Below the pieces are notes generated by a model. That model did no database searches and was not told the DNA's origin. It saw only the letters and a program-made list of their open reading frames with translations. A DNA stretch of 32,000 nt from Candidatus Electronema halotolerans. Its GTDB lineage: Bacteria; Desulfobacterota; Desulfobulbia; Desulfobulbales; Desulfobulbaceae. The position numbers and the translations under genes were made by a program. The DNA lies in contig OW818675.1 in NCBI GenBank assembly GCA_942493095.1, positions 270,001 through 302,000 on the forward strand, in the 5' to 3' direction. This document shows positions 6,111-15,736 of the stretch, piece by piece (positions within the stretch are counted from its first letter, which is position 1; every line of letters begins with the position of its first letter).

Positions 6111-7516
6111 TCCTGATCAACTCCATCAAGGGCCGTCTGCTGCTCTGGATTTTTATTTCTGTCACCATCCTGTTTGCCGGTTTTGGCTATGCCCTGCACC
6201 TCAAGCTCCATTATGTGGTCGAGGAGTCGCTGGACCGGATGCTTCATGCCAATCTCCAGTTTGTCAAGGGGCTGGTGCACAGTCATGACGGCGTGACTAT
6301 TGAGTGCGAGTCCAATGAATTCATGCAGGGGGATTACATGACCCCGGACTCCGGCCACTATTACAAGGTCTTTCTTGACGGCGAGCTGCTCGCGGCGGCA
6401 GATTCCCTGCCGGATAAAAATTTCAATCTCACGCAGGGCGAGCCGCTGGAGCATCATGCCAGAGCCAAGGAATGGGTCTATCAGGCCAAGGGCGCGAACG
6501 GCGAGCCGCTGCGGGTATTGCGGCATGATTTCAAGTTCATGGGCAAAGATGTCCGCATTGAGTTGGCCGAGGATATCAATGAGAGCATGGTGATGATTCA
6601 CCGTCTAAGCAATTACTTCCTGATTGTCACCCCAGTGGTGATTATGCTGATTGCCTTGATCAGCATAACCATCGCCTCCCTGTCGCTGCGGCCTTTGGAT
6701 AGATTTTCTGTCACCTTGGAACAGATCAGTCATAAAAATTTAGATGTCCGGCTGGCGGAACAGACTCAAGTGCGGGAGCTGCAGCGGCTGGCAAAAAAAT
6801 TCAATTCTCTGATGGCCCGGCTCCAGCAGGCTTTTGAGGCGGAAAAGCATCTGCTCGGCGATGCGGCCCATGAACTGAAAACGCCGCTGGCCGTGATCAA
6901 GGCCGAATGCGACATTTCCCTGAGCAGGAGCAGAGCGGCGGATCAGTATGCGGGCAGCCTCAGGGAAGTGCGGACTGTGGCAGACACCATGCTGGAGCAG
7001 ATCAATGGTTTGCTGATACTGACCCGTTTAGATTCCGGCATTTTGGATGCCGGGACCTTTGAGCAGCTTTCTCTGAACAGCTGTGTGGAAAATGCGGTGC
7101 GGATGGCCGAGCCGCTGGCCAAGAAAAAAAACATTGCCATCAGCATTGCCCAGAACAGCGAGCTGACCGTCTTGGGCGACAAGGACACCCTGACTGAGGC
7201 AGTGCTCAATCTTGTTGAAAACGCGATTAAATACAACCACCCTGGCGGCTTTGTCGCGGTCAAGCTGACCAAGCGGGCGGCGATGGCGGAAATCGTGGTC
7301 ATTGACACCGGCATCGGCATCAGCGAGGAGGATCGGACGCGGATTTTTGACCGGTTCTACCGTTCTGCTGAGGCCCGCAATGCGGAAGGAAGCGGCTTGG
7401 GTCTGAGCATAGTCCGAGCCATTGCCCAAACGCATCATGGTGAAATTACTGTTGAAACACCACCAGACGGCGGCAGTCGCTTCATCCTCAAACTGCCGCT
7501 GACTGTCTCAGCTTGA
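6107..7516 (+). CDS. membrane sensor histidine kinase partner
   Basis: GTG start in 4-nt overlap with the regulator; two TM segments, HAMP region, H-box HLLGDAAHELKTPL, N-box ENAIKYN, G-boxes DTGIGI and GSGLGLSIV. Confidence 0.93.
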   Translation: MILINSIKGRLLLWIFISVTILFAGFGYALHLKLHYVVEESLDRMLHANLQFVKGLVHSHDGVTIECESNEFMQGDYMTPDSGHYYKVFLDGELLAAADSLPDKNFNLTQGEPLEHHARAKEWVYQAKGANGEPLRVLRHDFKFMGKDVRIELAEDINESMVMIHRLSNYFLIVTPVVIMLIALISITIASLSLRPLDRFSVTLEQISHKNLDVRLAEQTQVRELQRLAKKFNSLMARLQQAFEAEKHLLGDAAHELKTPLAVIKAECDISLSRSRAADQYAGSLREVRTVADTMLEQINGLLILTRLDSGILDAGTFEQLSLNSCVENAVRMAEPLAKKKNIAISIAQNSELTVLGDKDTLTEAVLNLVENAIKYNHPGGFVAVKLTKRAAMAEIVVIDTGIGISEEDRTRIFDRFYRSAEARNAEGSGLGLSIVRAIAQTHHGEITVETPPDGGSRFILKLPLTVSA

Positions 7517-8374
7517 TGACTGGATCCCGCAGCTTTCTCGCTCAAAATCCCGCAGGGCAACAATAGTCGGCTTGTCGCCGCAGACTGGACAGTCAGGCCG
7601 TCGCCGCAGGCTGACCCGGCGGAAATTCATGGTCTTGGCATCAAAGGTCAGGAGCACGTCGGTGAGCAGAATGCCTGCGCCGGTGATGAATTTAAGGGCT
7701 TCCGCAGCTTGAATCGTGCCCAGCATTCCGGCAACCGCGCCCAGCACCCCGGACTGCGAGCAGCTTGGCACGGATTTGGCAGGGGGCGGCTCGTGGAAGC
7801 AGCAGCGGTAGCAGGCTGATTTGCCTGGCAGCACAGTCAAGGTCTGGCCGTCAAAGCGGAGAATGCCGCCGTGCGAGAAAGGAATGCCCGCCATCACGCA
7901 GGCATCGTTGATGAGAAATTTGGTGGCGAAATTGTCGGTGCCGTCGATGACAAAATCATACTGCCGGATGATTTCCTCAATATTGGAGGCATCCAAGTAG
8001 AGCAGCCACGGCTCGACCTTGACATCAGGATTGATGGCCTTGAGCTTGGCCTCAGCAGACTCCACCTTGGGCCGGTCAAGATCAGCGGTGGTGTGAATGA
8101 TCTGCCGCTGGAGATTGGAAATATCGACTGCGTCGGCATCGACCAAACCAATGGTGCCCACGCCTGCGGCGGCAAGATACAAAGAAACCGGCGAACCCAG
8201 TCCGCCGGTGCCCACGACCAGCACTCTTGCCCGCAGCAGCTTGGCCTGTCCTTCCGGCCCCACCTCTTTGAGAATCAGGTGGCGGCTGTAACGGTCCATC
8301 TGCTCGTCAGTCAGATTCAGCATGGACACCTCATCAAAGGCAGGACAGGTCTGGTGCGAGCAGTCATTTTTCAA
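7508..8374 (-). CDS. moeB: MoeB/ThiF/HesA-family adenylyltransferase
   Basis: RYSRHLILKEVG, VLVVGTGGLGSPVSLYLAAAGVG, DNFATKFLINDAC, CYRC and CPVCGD zinc cysteines. The start could be the internal ATG at 8323. Confidence 0.85.
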   Translation of the reverse strand: MKNDCSHQTCPAFDEVSMLNLTDEQMDRYSRHLILKEVGPEGQAKLLRARVLVVGTGGLGSPVSLYLAAAGVGTIGLVDADAVDISNLQRQIIHTTADLDRPKVESAEAKLKAINPDVKVEPWLLYLDASNIEEIIRQYDFVIDGTDNFATKFLINDACVMAGIPFSHGGILRFDGQTLTVLPGKSACYRCCFHEPPPAKSVPSCSQSGVLGAVAGMLGTIQAAEALKFITGAGILLTDVLLTFDAKTMNFRRVSLRRRPDCPVCGDKPTIVALRDFERESCGIQSSS

Positions 8375-8439
8375 ATCAAGTAGTTGGGCCGACAGCAGTG
8401 CTGGCCGCCGTCGGCCCTTGTCAAAAAAAGAAGGTTGAA

Positions 8440-8646
8440 TCAGCCTCCGGCCATGAAATAAAGGAGGTCCACTTGGTTTCTGTCGCCGACCACGGTGTCA
8501 TGATAGGCGCCGCGATGCACGATTTCGCCGTCAATTTGCACAGCCACCATTTCCGGCGACATGACTTGCTCCATCTCCAGCAGTCCGGCCACCGTCAGAT
8601 GCGGCACCTCAATGAAGCGGGACTCTCCGTTCAACCTGATTTCCAT
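8440..8646 (-). CDS. thiS: ThiS/MoaD-like sulfur carrier protein
   Basis: MEIRLNGESRFI... ending in the diglycine YFMAGG; SD aggagaaaa. The track ORF 8440..8757 is over-extended. Confidence 0.8.
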   Translation of the reverse strand: MEIRLNGESRFIEVPHLTVAGLLEMEQVMSPEMVAVQIDGEIVHRGAYHDTVVGDRNQVDLLYFMAGG

Positions 8647-8920
8647 AATTTTTCTCCTCCAGAAAATTAATGGCGCATGGGGTTTCAGCCATACTCCGCA
8701 TAATCGAAAAATTACACGGACATATATTATAATTACTACAATGCGGCAGCCCTGCATGTCAAGGAGAAAAAACCAATTTCCTGATTATCATTCCTGACAG
8801 CCCGGCAGCAGAGCCTCCTCTCCGCTGAAAATACAATTTATGATACTCTGAAACAGGCCGCACTGCAAGATTTGAACTAACTGCTGCATTTTTGTTGCTC
8901 AGGGAGGAGAAGCACCCAAG

Positions 8921-9655
8921 TCAGCGCAGCAGGGCGCGGGCATTGAGCGGCTGGACTGGACGGTTGTTCGGGCCGCCCATGACCTCAGTGAACTGCTTGA
9001 CCTGAGCCTTGGAGACCATGACCGGATTGCGCAGAATCAGCCAGAGCACGCCTTCTGTGCAGGGCGGCGTGGTCAGCGAGCCGTTCAAGCGCAGATAGTC
9101 GCGTTTTTCCGGCAGCAGCCCTTCGGCCCGGACACGGGCGGCCATGTCCTCCTCTTGGCCCGCCTTTTTTGGCATCTGCCGCCAGAGCTTTTTCAGCTCA
9201 GGATTTTCCTTGCCATAGTCATAGAGCACGGCCAGCACCGCCAGATGCCCGTCCGCATCAGCATGAACAAAATGCCCCTCCAGCGGAAAATGCTCGCCTT
9301 TGACCTGATGCTCGCTCGGGGCATGAAAATGAATCTGCTTCAGCTGATAGGTTCTGCCATTGACCGTCAGCGTTGAGCCTGCGGCATAGTCGGCCTGAAT
9401 GGAGTGGCCGTTGTTCTTGATCCTGATGACCAAGCCGTTGTAATCAAAGGTCAGCGGCTCCAGCTCCGCCTCAAGGCAGCCGGTCAGATTGACCGGCGAC
9501 TGGTTGACCCCCTTGGCGCAGAGATTGTAGGCCGGATCCAGCCCGGCCCAATGCTCCGGCCCAGTTTTGCCAGCATAGCTCCAATGCCCTTCGGAGGCTG
9601 CCGCTGTTCCGGCCAGCAGCAGAGCCAGCGCAGCGGCAGACAGCATTCTCTTCAT
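8921..9655 (-). CDS. periplasmic alpha-type carbonic anhydrase
   Basis: Signal peptide; HWSYAGKTGPEHW; zinc ligand pattern QIHFHAPSEHQVKG...EGHFVH; TTPPCTEGVLW. Confidence 0.93.
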   Translation of the reverse strand: MKRMLSAAALALLLAGTAAASEGHWSYAGKTGPEHWAGLDPAYNLCAKGVNQSPVNLTGCLEAELEPLTFDYNGLVIRIKNNGHSIQADYAAGSTLTVNGRTYQLKQIHFHAPSEHQVKGEHFPLEGHFVHADADGHLAVLAVLYDYGKENPELKKLWRQMPKKAGQEEDMAARVRAEGLLPEKRDYLRLNGSLTTPPCTEGVLWLILRNPVMVSKAQVKQFTEVMGGPNNRPVQPLNARALLR

Positions 9656-9670
9656 TGTTGTTCTCCTGAA

Positions 9671-10675
9671 TCAGATGGCCTTGTTGGCCTCCATGTGCAG
9701 GACCAAGTCCAGCATCCGGTTGGAATAGCCCCATTCATTGTCATACCAGCTCATGACCTTGACAGTGCTGCCCAAGACCCGGGTGCAGAGACCATCAACA
9801 ATGGAGGAATGCGGATCACCCTGAAAATCAATCGAAACCAGCGGCTCCTCGCAGTAGCGCAGATAGCGGTTGGCCGCCTCCTGCAAGGCTTTGTTGACCT
9901 CAGCGACTGTGGTTTCCTGTTCCACCTCCATGACTGCGTCAACCAGAGAGACATTGGGGGTGGGCACCCGCACGGCCAAGCCGTCAAACTTGTTCTTCAG
10001 CTCCGGGATGACCAAGGCCACTGCCGAGGCCGCGCCGGTTTTGGTCGGAATCATGGACAGGGCTGCGGCCCGCGCCCGGCGCAGGTCAGAATGGGGAAAA
10101 TCAAGCAGCCGTTGGTCGCCGGTGTAGGCATGAACCGTGGTCATCAGGCCGCGCTTGATGCCGAAATTGTCCAAGATCACCCGCGCCATTGGAGCCAGGC
10201 AGTTGGTGGTGCAGGAGGCATTGGAGACCACATGATGCACGGTTGGATCGTACTCGTCCTCGTTCACGCCCATGACAATGGTCTTGATCGCGCCCTTGGC
10301 CGGAGCCGAGATGATCACCTTGGCCGCGCCTGCGTCAATATGGGCTTTGGCTGAGTCCTCGTCCCGGAAGATGCCCGTGCATTCGAGCACATACTCAGCA
10401 CCTGCCTCGCCCCAGGGGATGTCTGCCGGGTTGCGGTGGTTGCTGACTGGAATTTCCTTGCCATTGACAAAGATGCTGCGCTCGCCGACCGTGACCTCCG
10501 CCTTGAATCTGCCCATGATCGAGTCATATTTGAGCAGATGGGCGATGGTCTTGACATCGGTGAGATCATTGATGCCGACCACTTCGATGTCAGCAAATTC
10601 CTTGTCCTCGCTGATTGCCCGGAAGATGTTCCTGCCGATCCGGCCCAGCCCGTTGATGCCTATTTTGATGCTCAT
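9671..10675 (-). CDS. gap: glyceraldehyde-3-phosphate dehydrogenase, type I
   Basis: INGLGRIGR, catalytic SNASCTTNCLAP, NEWGYSNRMLDL. Confidence 0.96.
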   Translation of the reverse strand: MSIKIGINGLGRIGRNIFRAISEDKEFADIEVVGINDLTDVKTIAHLLKYDSIMGRFKAEVTVGERSIFVNGKEIPVSNHRNPADIPWGEAGAEYVLECTGIFRDEDSAKAHIDAGAAKVIISAPAKGAIKTIVMGVNEDEYDPTVHHVVSNASCTTNCLAPMARVILDNFGIKRGLMTTVHAYTGDQRLLDFPHSDLRRARAAALSMIPTKTGAASAVALVIPELKNKFDGLAVRVPTPNVSLVDAVMEVEQETTVAEVNKALQEAANRYLRYCEEPLVSIDFQGDPHSSIVDGLCTRVLGSTVKVMSWYDNEWGYSNRMLDLVLHMEANKAI

Positions 10676-10734
10676 GGCCTTGCTCCTTTTTTGTGATGAT
10701 TTGTGCCGCCGTGTCCGGCTGACCCGGAAAATGA

Positions 10735-12645
10735 TTACAGAAATGCCGCCCGGAAGTCAACAACTTTCTTCGGCAGGCTGCAGCAGCGGGATTCATGTTC
10801 CTCTATCGTGCGGAGGAGCACGCCGCTCAGATCCTCTGCCGTGTAAAAGTCGCTTTTATAGACCCGCTTGCCGTCTGGCGCAAAAACAACCAAAAGCGGG
10901 ATGCTCAGGCTGCCTGCCTGCCGGAGCATCTCCCGGCCCGGCGGATTGCTGCCCGTGATGTCAACCTTCATCGGCACCACCTCATCCCGGTTGAGCAGGC
11001 GGACGATTTTCGGGCTGTCCAGCACGCCCTGCTCCAGTGCCTTGCAGTTCAGGCACCACTCGGCAGTGAAGACCATGACCACAGCCTTGTCTTGAGCGCG
11101 GGCCTGCTCAAGGCGTTCCGGGCTGTAATAGACCCAGTTGATTGGCCCTTGGTCGGTCAGATTGACGGCACCATATCCTGAGATGACGATCAGCAGCAGG
11201 CCAAGGCCCATGAAAAAAACTTTCAAGGGGCCGCCAGAGGCAATCCGAAAGGTGCGCCAGAAGAGCCAGCCGCCTGCGGTCGTAGAACAGGCCATCACCA
11301 GCCACCAATGCTGTTTGTCTGGCGGATCAGTCGGTGAGGTCAGCAGCGTTTCCGTGCCAATGCCGATGAAATACACTGCCGCCGCCAGCATGAGCAGGCC
11401 CATGACCTGTTTGACCAAGACGCTGGCCGGACCGCTGCGGGGCATTTTTTCGACTAAATGCGGGGCAGCGGAGAGCAGCAGGTAGGGCAGGGCCATGCCT
11501 GAGCCAATGGCGGCAAAAACAGCCAAGGTGGCGGTCGGCGGTCTGGTCGCAGCCCATGCCGCAGCCGCGCCCATGAACGGAGCTGTGCAAGGGGTTGACA
11601 GCACTGCCGCCAAAATGCCTAAGCCAAAGGAACCGTGCAGGCTGTCCTGTTCCGGGTGGATCAAATAAAGCCACTGTGGCAGGGGCAGGGAAAAAAAGTC
11701 AAACATGCCCAAAGCCATGACCCCGATGACCACGCCCACAGCAATGGTGAAGGCTGGATATTGAAAAAGCTGGTTGGTGGCACTGAAGCCGCTCACCAAG
11801 GCGATCAGGCCGCCCAAGAGCAGCCAGAAGGCCAAGACCCCCAAGGACATGGCCGTGCCCAGCAGCAGGCACTGCCGCCGGTCTTTCGCCGCGTATGACA
11901 GGCTGATGATCTTGATCGGAATCAGCGGCAGGACGCAGGGGGTGAAATTGAGAAGCAGACCGCCAAGGGCGGCAATGCTCAACAGGAGCAGCATTCCAGC
12001 CCAAGAAGAGCCGTTGACCGCGAACTTCCAGCCGAAAACCCGGAAATGAATCTGGTCATGGGAAGAAGCAGAAGCAAGCCGCTGCGGATTGTATCCGGCA
12101 AACAGCTCCTGATTGACCGGCTGCGGGACCGCTACAGGATCAACAATCTCCAACGAGGTTTCCAAGCGGATCGTCTGCGGCAGCAGGCAATGATTTTCCG
12201 TGCAGGCCTGATAGGTAAAGTTCAAGCTCAGACTTGGCCGTGCGCCCGGAGCAAGGTTGTCGGCAAATTTGACTGGCAGATAGATGACAGCCTGCCCGGA
12301 AAAGGACATCAGGCCGTTCTTGGCATATTGCGCTTTGAACCGCGCCGCCGCCGGATAGAGCGGGCTTTCCGTGAGCAGTCCTTCATCCGCCTTGATCACG
12401 GAAAGCTGGCTGGGATAAGGCGTGAAGAAATCAGCCGCAGGTTTGAGCTGGCGGGCATCCGCGTTGATATGGAAGCCGTCTTGAATCTGGACGGCAATGG
12501 CCAGAGCCAAGGCATCACCGGGCCGGGCGCGGTCAACAGACCAGTATGGCACTGCTTTGACTGGTTCGGCGGCAAAGACAGTTTGTGGCAGAAAAACTGC
12601 GACCAGCATGGCTGTCAGCAGCAGTTTGTAAAAAAAATTATTCAT
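10735..12645 (-). CDS. dsbD: thiol:disulfide interchange protein DsbD
   Basis: N-terminal DsbD-alpha-like domain, central membrane region with NFTPCVLPLIPIK and STPCTAPFMG, C-terminal thioredoxin motif FTAEWCLNCKALE. Start trimmed to MNNFFYKLL. Confidence 0.93.
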   Translation of the reverse strand: MNNFFYKLLLTAMLVAVFLPQTVFAAEPVKAVPYWSVDRARPGDALALAIAVQIQDGFHINADARQLKPAADFFTPYPSQLSVIKADEGLLTESPLYPAAARFKAQYAKNGLMSFSGQAVIYLPVKFADNLAPGARPSLSLNFTYQACTENHCLLPQTIRLETSLEIVDPVAVPQPVNQELFAGYNPQRLASASSHDQIHFRVFGWKFAVNGSSWAGMLLLLSIAALGGLLLNFTPCVLPLIPIKIISLSYAAKDRRQCLLLGTAMSLGVLAFWLLLGGLIALVSGFSATNQLFQYPAFTIAVGVVIGVMALGMFDFFSLPLPQWLYLIHPEQDSLHGSFGLGILAAVLSTPCTAPFMGAAAAWAATRPPTATLAVFAAIGSGMALPYLLLSAAPHLVEKMPRSGPASVLVKQVMGLLMLAAAVYFIGIGTETLLTSPTDPPDKQHWWLVMACSTTAGGWLFWRTFRIASGGPLKVFFMGLGLLLIVISGYGAVNLTDQGPINWVYYSPERLEQARAQDKAVVMVFTAEWCLNCKALEQGVLDSPKIVRLLNRDEVVPMKVDITGSNPPGREMLRQAGSLSIPLLVVFAPDGKRVYKSDFYTAEDLSGVLLRTIEEHESRCCSLPKKVVDFRAAFL

Positions 12646-12732
12646 AACGGATACGACCGCTTGCGCACTTGAACTGCGCCGCTGCTGCGGGCAGGTCCAG
12701 CAAAAACTGAAAGGAATCAGCAAAAGAGGAGA

Positions 12733-13056
12733 TCAGCTTCCCCGTTTTTTGATTTCATTGAGAATTGTCAGGCCGACCCGGAAATACGGAGATTCTTCGC
12801 TTTTGACGCGCTCGTAAAAATCACAGTGCTGACAGTCGCCAAACTTCTCGGCATAGCTGCCCTGCCGATGGCCCTTGCAGAGCGAGCCAGTCACCACCCA
12901 GCAGCAGCGTCCGCCGTTGCTGCCCTGATGAATGCCGTCGGCCCGTGTTTCCGTGGCCACCGGGCAGACACCCAGTTCAGCGGCCTTGGCCCCGCCAGGC
13001 TCCCGTCCGCACTGCTTGAATTCCCAGCAGTTGAGCTTTTTCTTTGTATCGTCCAT
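12733..13056 (-). CDS. small Cys-rich protein with a CWEFKQCGREPGG motif
   Basis: 107 aa; NCWEFKQCGREPGGAKAAELGVCPVA...GRCCWVVTGSLC...CQHCDFY, a family with Cys-Trp motifs. Confidence 0.75.
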   Translation of the reverse strand: MDDTKKKLNCWEFKQCGREPGGAKAAELGVCPVATETRADGIHQGSNGGRCCWVVTGSLCKGHRQGSYAEKFGDCQHCDFYERVKSEESPYFRVGLTILNEIKKRGS

Positions 13057-13160
13057 CTGCGCCTTTCAGCATGAGTTGAGCAGACCTGTTTTCAGAGATG
13101 GTATTGTAAACAGTGTCAGGGGAAAGATCAAGACTTTGCTGCTGCCCAGCAGGCAGGCGA

Positions 13161-13197
13161 AAAAAAGCCGCCGGTCGCGAGGGGGACGACCGGCGGC
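13161..13197 (-). terminator. rho-independent terminator of the OmpW-like gene
   Basis: GCCGCCGGTCG (13167-13177) pairs perfectly with CGACCGGCGGC (13187-13197); reads into a T tract on the minus strand. Confidence 0.85.
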
Positions 13198-13219
13198 AGA
13201 GGAGGATGTTGCAGCAGGA

Positions 13220-13942
13220 TCAGAACTTATACGCAAGAGCAACGTTGAAGACCCAGGGGTCAATATCAACATCCACTTCGTGAGTGGTGCCGAGATCAGT
13301 TCGCAGCGTGGCAGTGGTGTCAATATCCACATACCAGACAGCAGCATTCAGGTACCAGTTGTCTTTGAGCTGCACATCCATGCCAGCCTGCGCAGCCAAA
13401 CCAATCGAGTCATCCAGCTCCATGTCAACAGATTTCACTCCGCCCAGTCCGGCAGTGGTCGGCAGGGTGTTGAGTGTTTTGAGCAGACTGCCATCCACTT
13501 CTTCGGAGAAGAACATGGTGTAGTTGAGGCCCAAGCCGACATAAGGCTGGAAGCGGGAGCCTTTGGTGTCAAAATAATACTGAAGCGACAAAGTGGGCGG
13601 CAGATGGCTGGCTTCACCCACAGTGACACCGCTCAGATCGCCTTCGCCGACAATGTCATGGGTGAAGGGCGTGGCGGCCAGCAGTTCAAGTCCGATTCTG
13701 TCCCGGAGCATATACACGCCGGTGACACTGAGCTGGCTGTCGTTCTCCACATCCACTCTGGCATTGTTCACACCGTCCGGCAGGCCGGAAACCGCGCCGC
13801 TGTCGCCGGAAGGCACAACTGTGACCACACCGGCCCGGACTAGAATATCGCCTTGTTCGTGAGCCATGCCTGCTGTTGCCATGCCAAGGGACAATCCAGC
13901 AACCGCCGCAAAAACACAAATTTTTTTCACGTTCTTCATCAT
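13220..13942 (-). CDS. ompW: OmpW-family outer membrane protein
   Basis: Signal peptide; GDILVRAGVVTVVPSGDSG; RIGLELLAATPFTHDI; LPPTLSLQYYF; C-terminal FNVALAYKF. Confidence 0.88.
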   Translation of the reverse strand: MMKNVKKICVFAAVAGLSLGMATAGMAHEQGDILVRAGVVTVVPSGDSGAVSGLPDGVNNARVDVENDSQLSVTGVYMLRDRIGLELLAATPFTHDIVGEGDLSGVTVGEASHLPPTLSLQYYFDTKGSRFQPYVGLGLNYTMFFSEEVDGSLLKTLNTLPTTAGLGGVKSVDMELDDSIGLAAQAGMDVQLKDNWYLNAAVWYVDIDTTATLRTDLGTTHEVDVDIDPWVFNVALAYKF

Positions 13943-14022
13943 GTTCCTCCACCCGTCAAACTAGTAATGACGACCTCTGTTTTCAACGAAAACTCAGAGT
14001 CTTGCATCCCGTTCCTTATTGA

Positions 14023-14051
14023 ATTGTCCATGATGGAACGCCGCTTGTCAA
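14023..14051 (-). promoter_or_regulatory. putative sigma70 promoter of the OmpW-like gene
   Basis: Minus strand TTGACA (14046-14051), 17-nt spacer, GACAAT (14023-14028). The -35 lies in the palindrome GCCGCTTG-T-CAAGCGGC (14040-14056). Confidence 0.5.
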
Positions 14052-14244
14052 GCGGCAAATTCAAGGAAAGAAAAAAAGAGGCGCGTCAACCTTGTCAGCC
14101 ACTTTTTCCGAGCCTGAGCAATACCGAAACCACTGGCCCGAACCCGGCTTTTTCATTTTACAACTTTTCAACTCGCGGCTGGTCGGGTAGAATGCCAAGG
14201 CAGTCCGCCCGGACCGCATCGGTTTCCTTCAGCCGGTTCCTTGG

Positions 14245-15702
14245 GTGCATCCGCATCATGCGCGCATGATGGCTCCAAACAGTTTCAAGAGGTTTTTTGT
14301 GCAAGGCAAAGTGCTTATCGCCAATCGCGGGGAAATTGCCATCCGCATCATGGAAGCCTGTCAGGCTCTGGGGCTTGACTTTGCAGTCATTTACACCGAG
14401 GCTGACCGCGACTCCGAGCATGTCCGGCGATGTCAGCTCAAAGGGCCGGACCAGAACGCCTGGCGGGTGGTCAGCTATACAGACCCCAATGATCTGCTGG
14501 CTGTGGCCGATCACAGCGGCTGCACTGCCGTGCATCCGGGCTATGGCTTTTTTTCCGAAGACTGGCGTTTTGCCCGTCGGGTGACAGTGCGTGACCGACC
14601 CCTGACCTTTATTGGCCCCAGCTGGGAGGTGATCCGCGATCTTGGCGACAAGATCAACACCAAGCGGATTGCCCAGAAATTGGACATCCCCACCATTCCC
14701 GGCACCTCCGCGCCGATCTACAATGAAATGGAGGCTGAGGAGATTGCCCAGCACATCCTTGACATTCAGCGCGAGCAGAGGGAGCCAAACCCGGCAGTCT
14801 TGGTCAAGGCGGCGGCTGGCGGCGGCGGCATGGGCATTGAGGAGGTCAGCCGGATTGAGCAGTTCCGCCGGGTTTATCGACAGGTGCAGAACTATGCCAA
14901 ACGGCAGTTTGGTGACGGCGGGGTGCTGATTGAGCAGCGGCTCTGCGATTTCAACCACTTGGAAGTGCAGCTTGTCTGCTCGCGCCACGATGAGCGCATC
15001 CATTTCGGCACCCGCAACTGCACCATTCAATCCACAGGCCGCCAGAAGCGGGTCGAGGCCGCGCCTGGCTTTCACTCCTCCTGTTTTCAGTACGACTTTG
15101 ATTCGGAACAGGTTTTGGACAGCGTGGTTGAACATTCGCTCAAGCTGGCTGACTCGGTCAAATACGACAACGTCGGCACGTGGGAGTGGATTGTCAGCCG
15201 CAGCGGCAGGCCCTACTTGCTGGAGGTCAACACCCGCATTCAGGTGGAGAACGATGTTTCGGCCCGGATCAGCTATTTGAACGGCAAGCATCCCAATCTG
15301 CTCCAAGAGCAGATCCGGCTGGCCTTGGGCGAGCAGATGGGCTACGAACAAAATGACGTTATTTTCAAAGGCGCGAGCATTGAGCTGCGCCTTGTGGCCG
15401 AGAATCCGGCCCGCGACTTTGCCCCGTGGATTGGCACCATCACCCGCTTTGACCTGCCCAGATATGAATGGTCGGCAGTCTATAGCCATGTCCCTTCTGA
15501 CCGGCCCTATCCCATTCCCAGCGAGTATGATCCCAACTTGGCTTTGGCCTTGGTCTGGGGCGACACCGTGGAGCAGGCCAAGGAGCGGGCGCGGCAGTTC
15601 ATCGACAACTGCCATATTGAAGGCGCGGACAGCGCAGGCGGCTCCATCCTCACCAATCTCGATTATCTCCGCAGAAACCTTGACCGGCTGCTGACCTTCT
15701 GA
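14245..15702 (+). CDS. accC: biotin carboxylase subunit, divergent
   Basis: KVLIANRGEIAIRIMEACQALG, VHPGYGFFSED, KAAAGGGGMGI, FGTRNCTIQ, EVNTRIQVEN. Confidence 0.88.
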   Translation: MHPHHARMMAPNSFKRFFVQGKVLIANRGEIAIRIMEACQALGLDFAVIYTEADRDSEHVRRCQLKGPDQNAWRVVSYTDPNDLLAVADHSGCTAVHPGYGFFSEDWRFARRVTVRDRPLTFIGPSWEVIRDLGDKINTKRIAQKLDIPTIPGTSAPIYNEMEAEEIAQHILDIQREQREPNPAVLVKAAAGGGGMGIEEVSRIEQFRRVYRQVQNYAKRQFGDGGVLIEQRLCDFNHLEVQLVCSRHDERIHFGTRNCTIQSTGRQKRVEAAPGFHSSCFQYDFDSEQVLDSVVEHSLKLADSVKYDNVGTWEWIVSRSGRPYLLEVNTRIQVENDVSARISYLNGKHPNLLQEQIRLALGEQMGYEQNDVIFKGASIELRLVAENPARDFAPWIGTITRFDLPRYEWSAVYSHVPSDRPYPIPSEYDPNLALALVWGDTVEQAKERARQFIDNCHIEGADSAGGSILTNLDYLRRNLDRLLTF

Positions 15703-15736
15703 GTGCAAAGTCGGCAGACTGTTTTCTCATACCACC

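Noticed and set aside
9404-10354. 316-aa plus-strand ORF and 302-aa/315-aa ORFs at 12932..13843 and 22999..23946
   Set aside because: All lie antisense to well-supported genes (carbonic anhydrase/gap, OmpW, trpF/trpC).
14158-15708. 516-aa ORF on the minus strand opposite accC
   Set aside because: Shadow ORF in GC-rich coding DNA; the plus-strand frame has full biotin carboxylase motifs and the minus translation has no recognisable domain.
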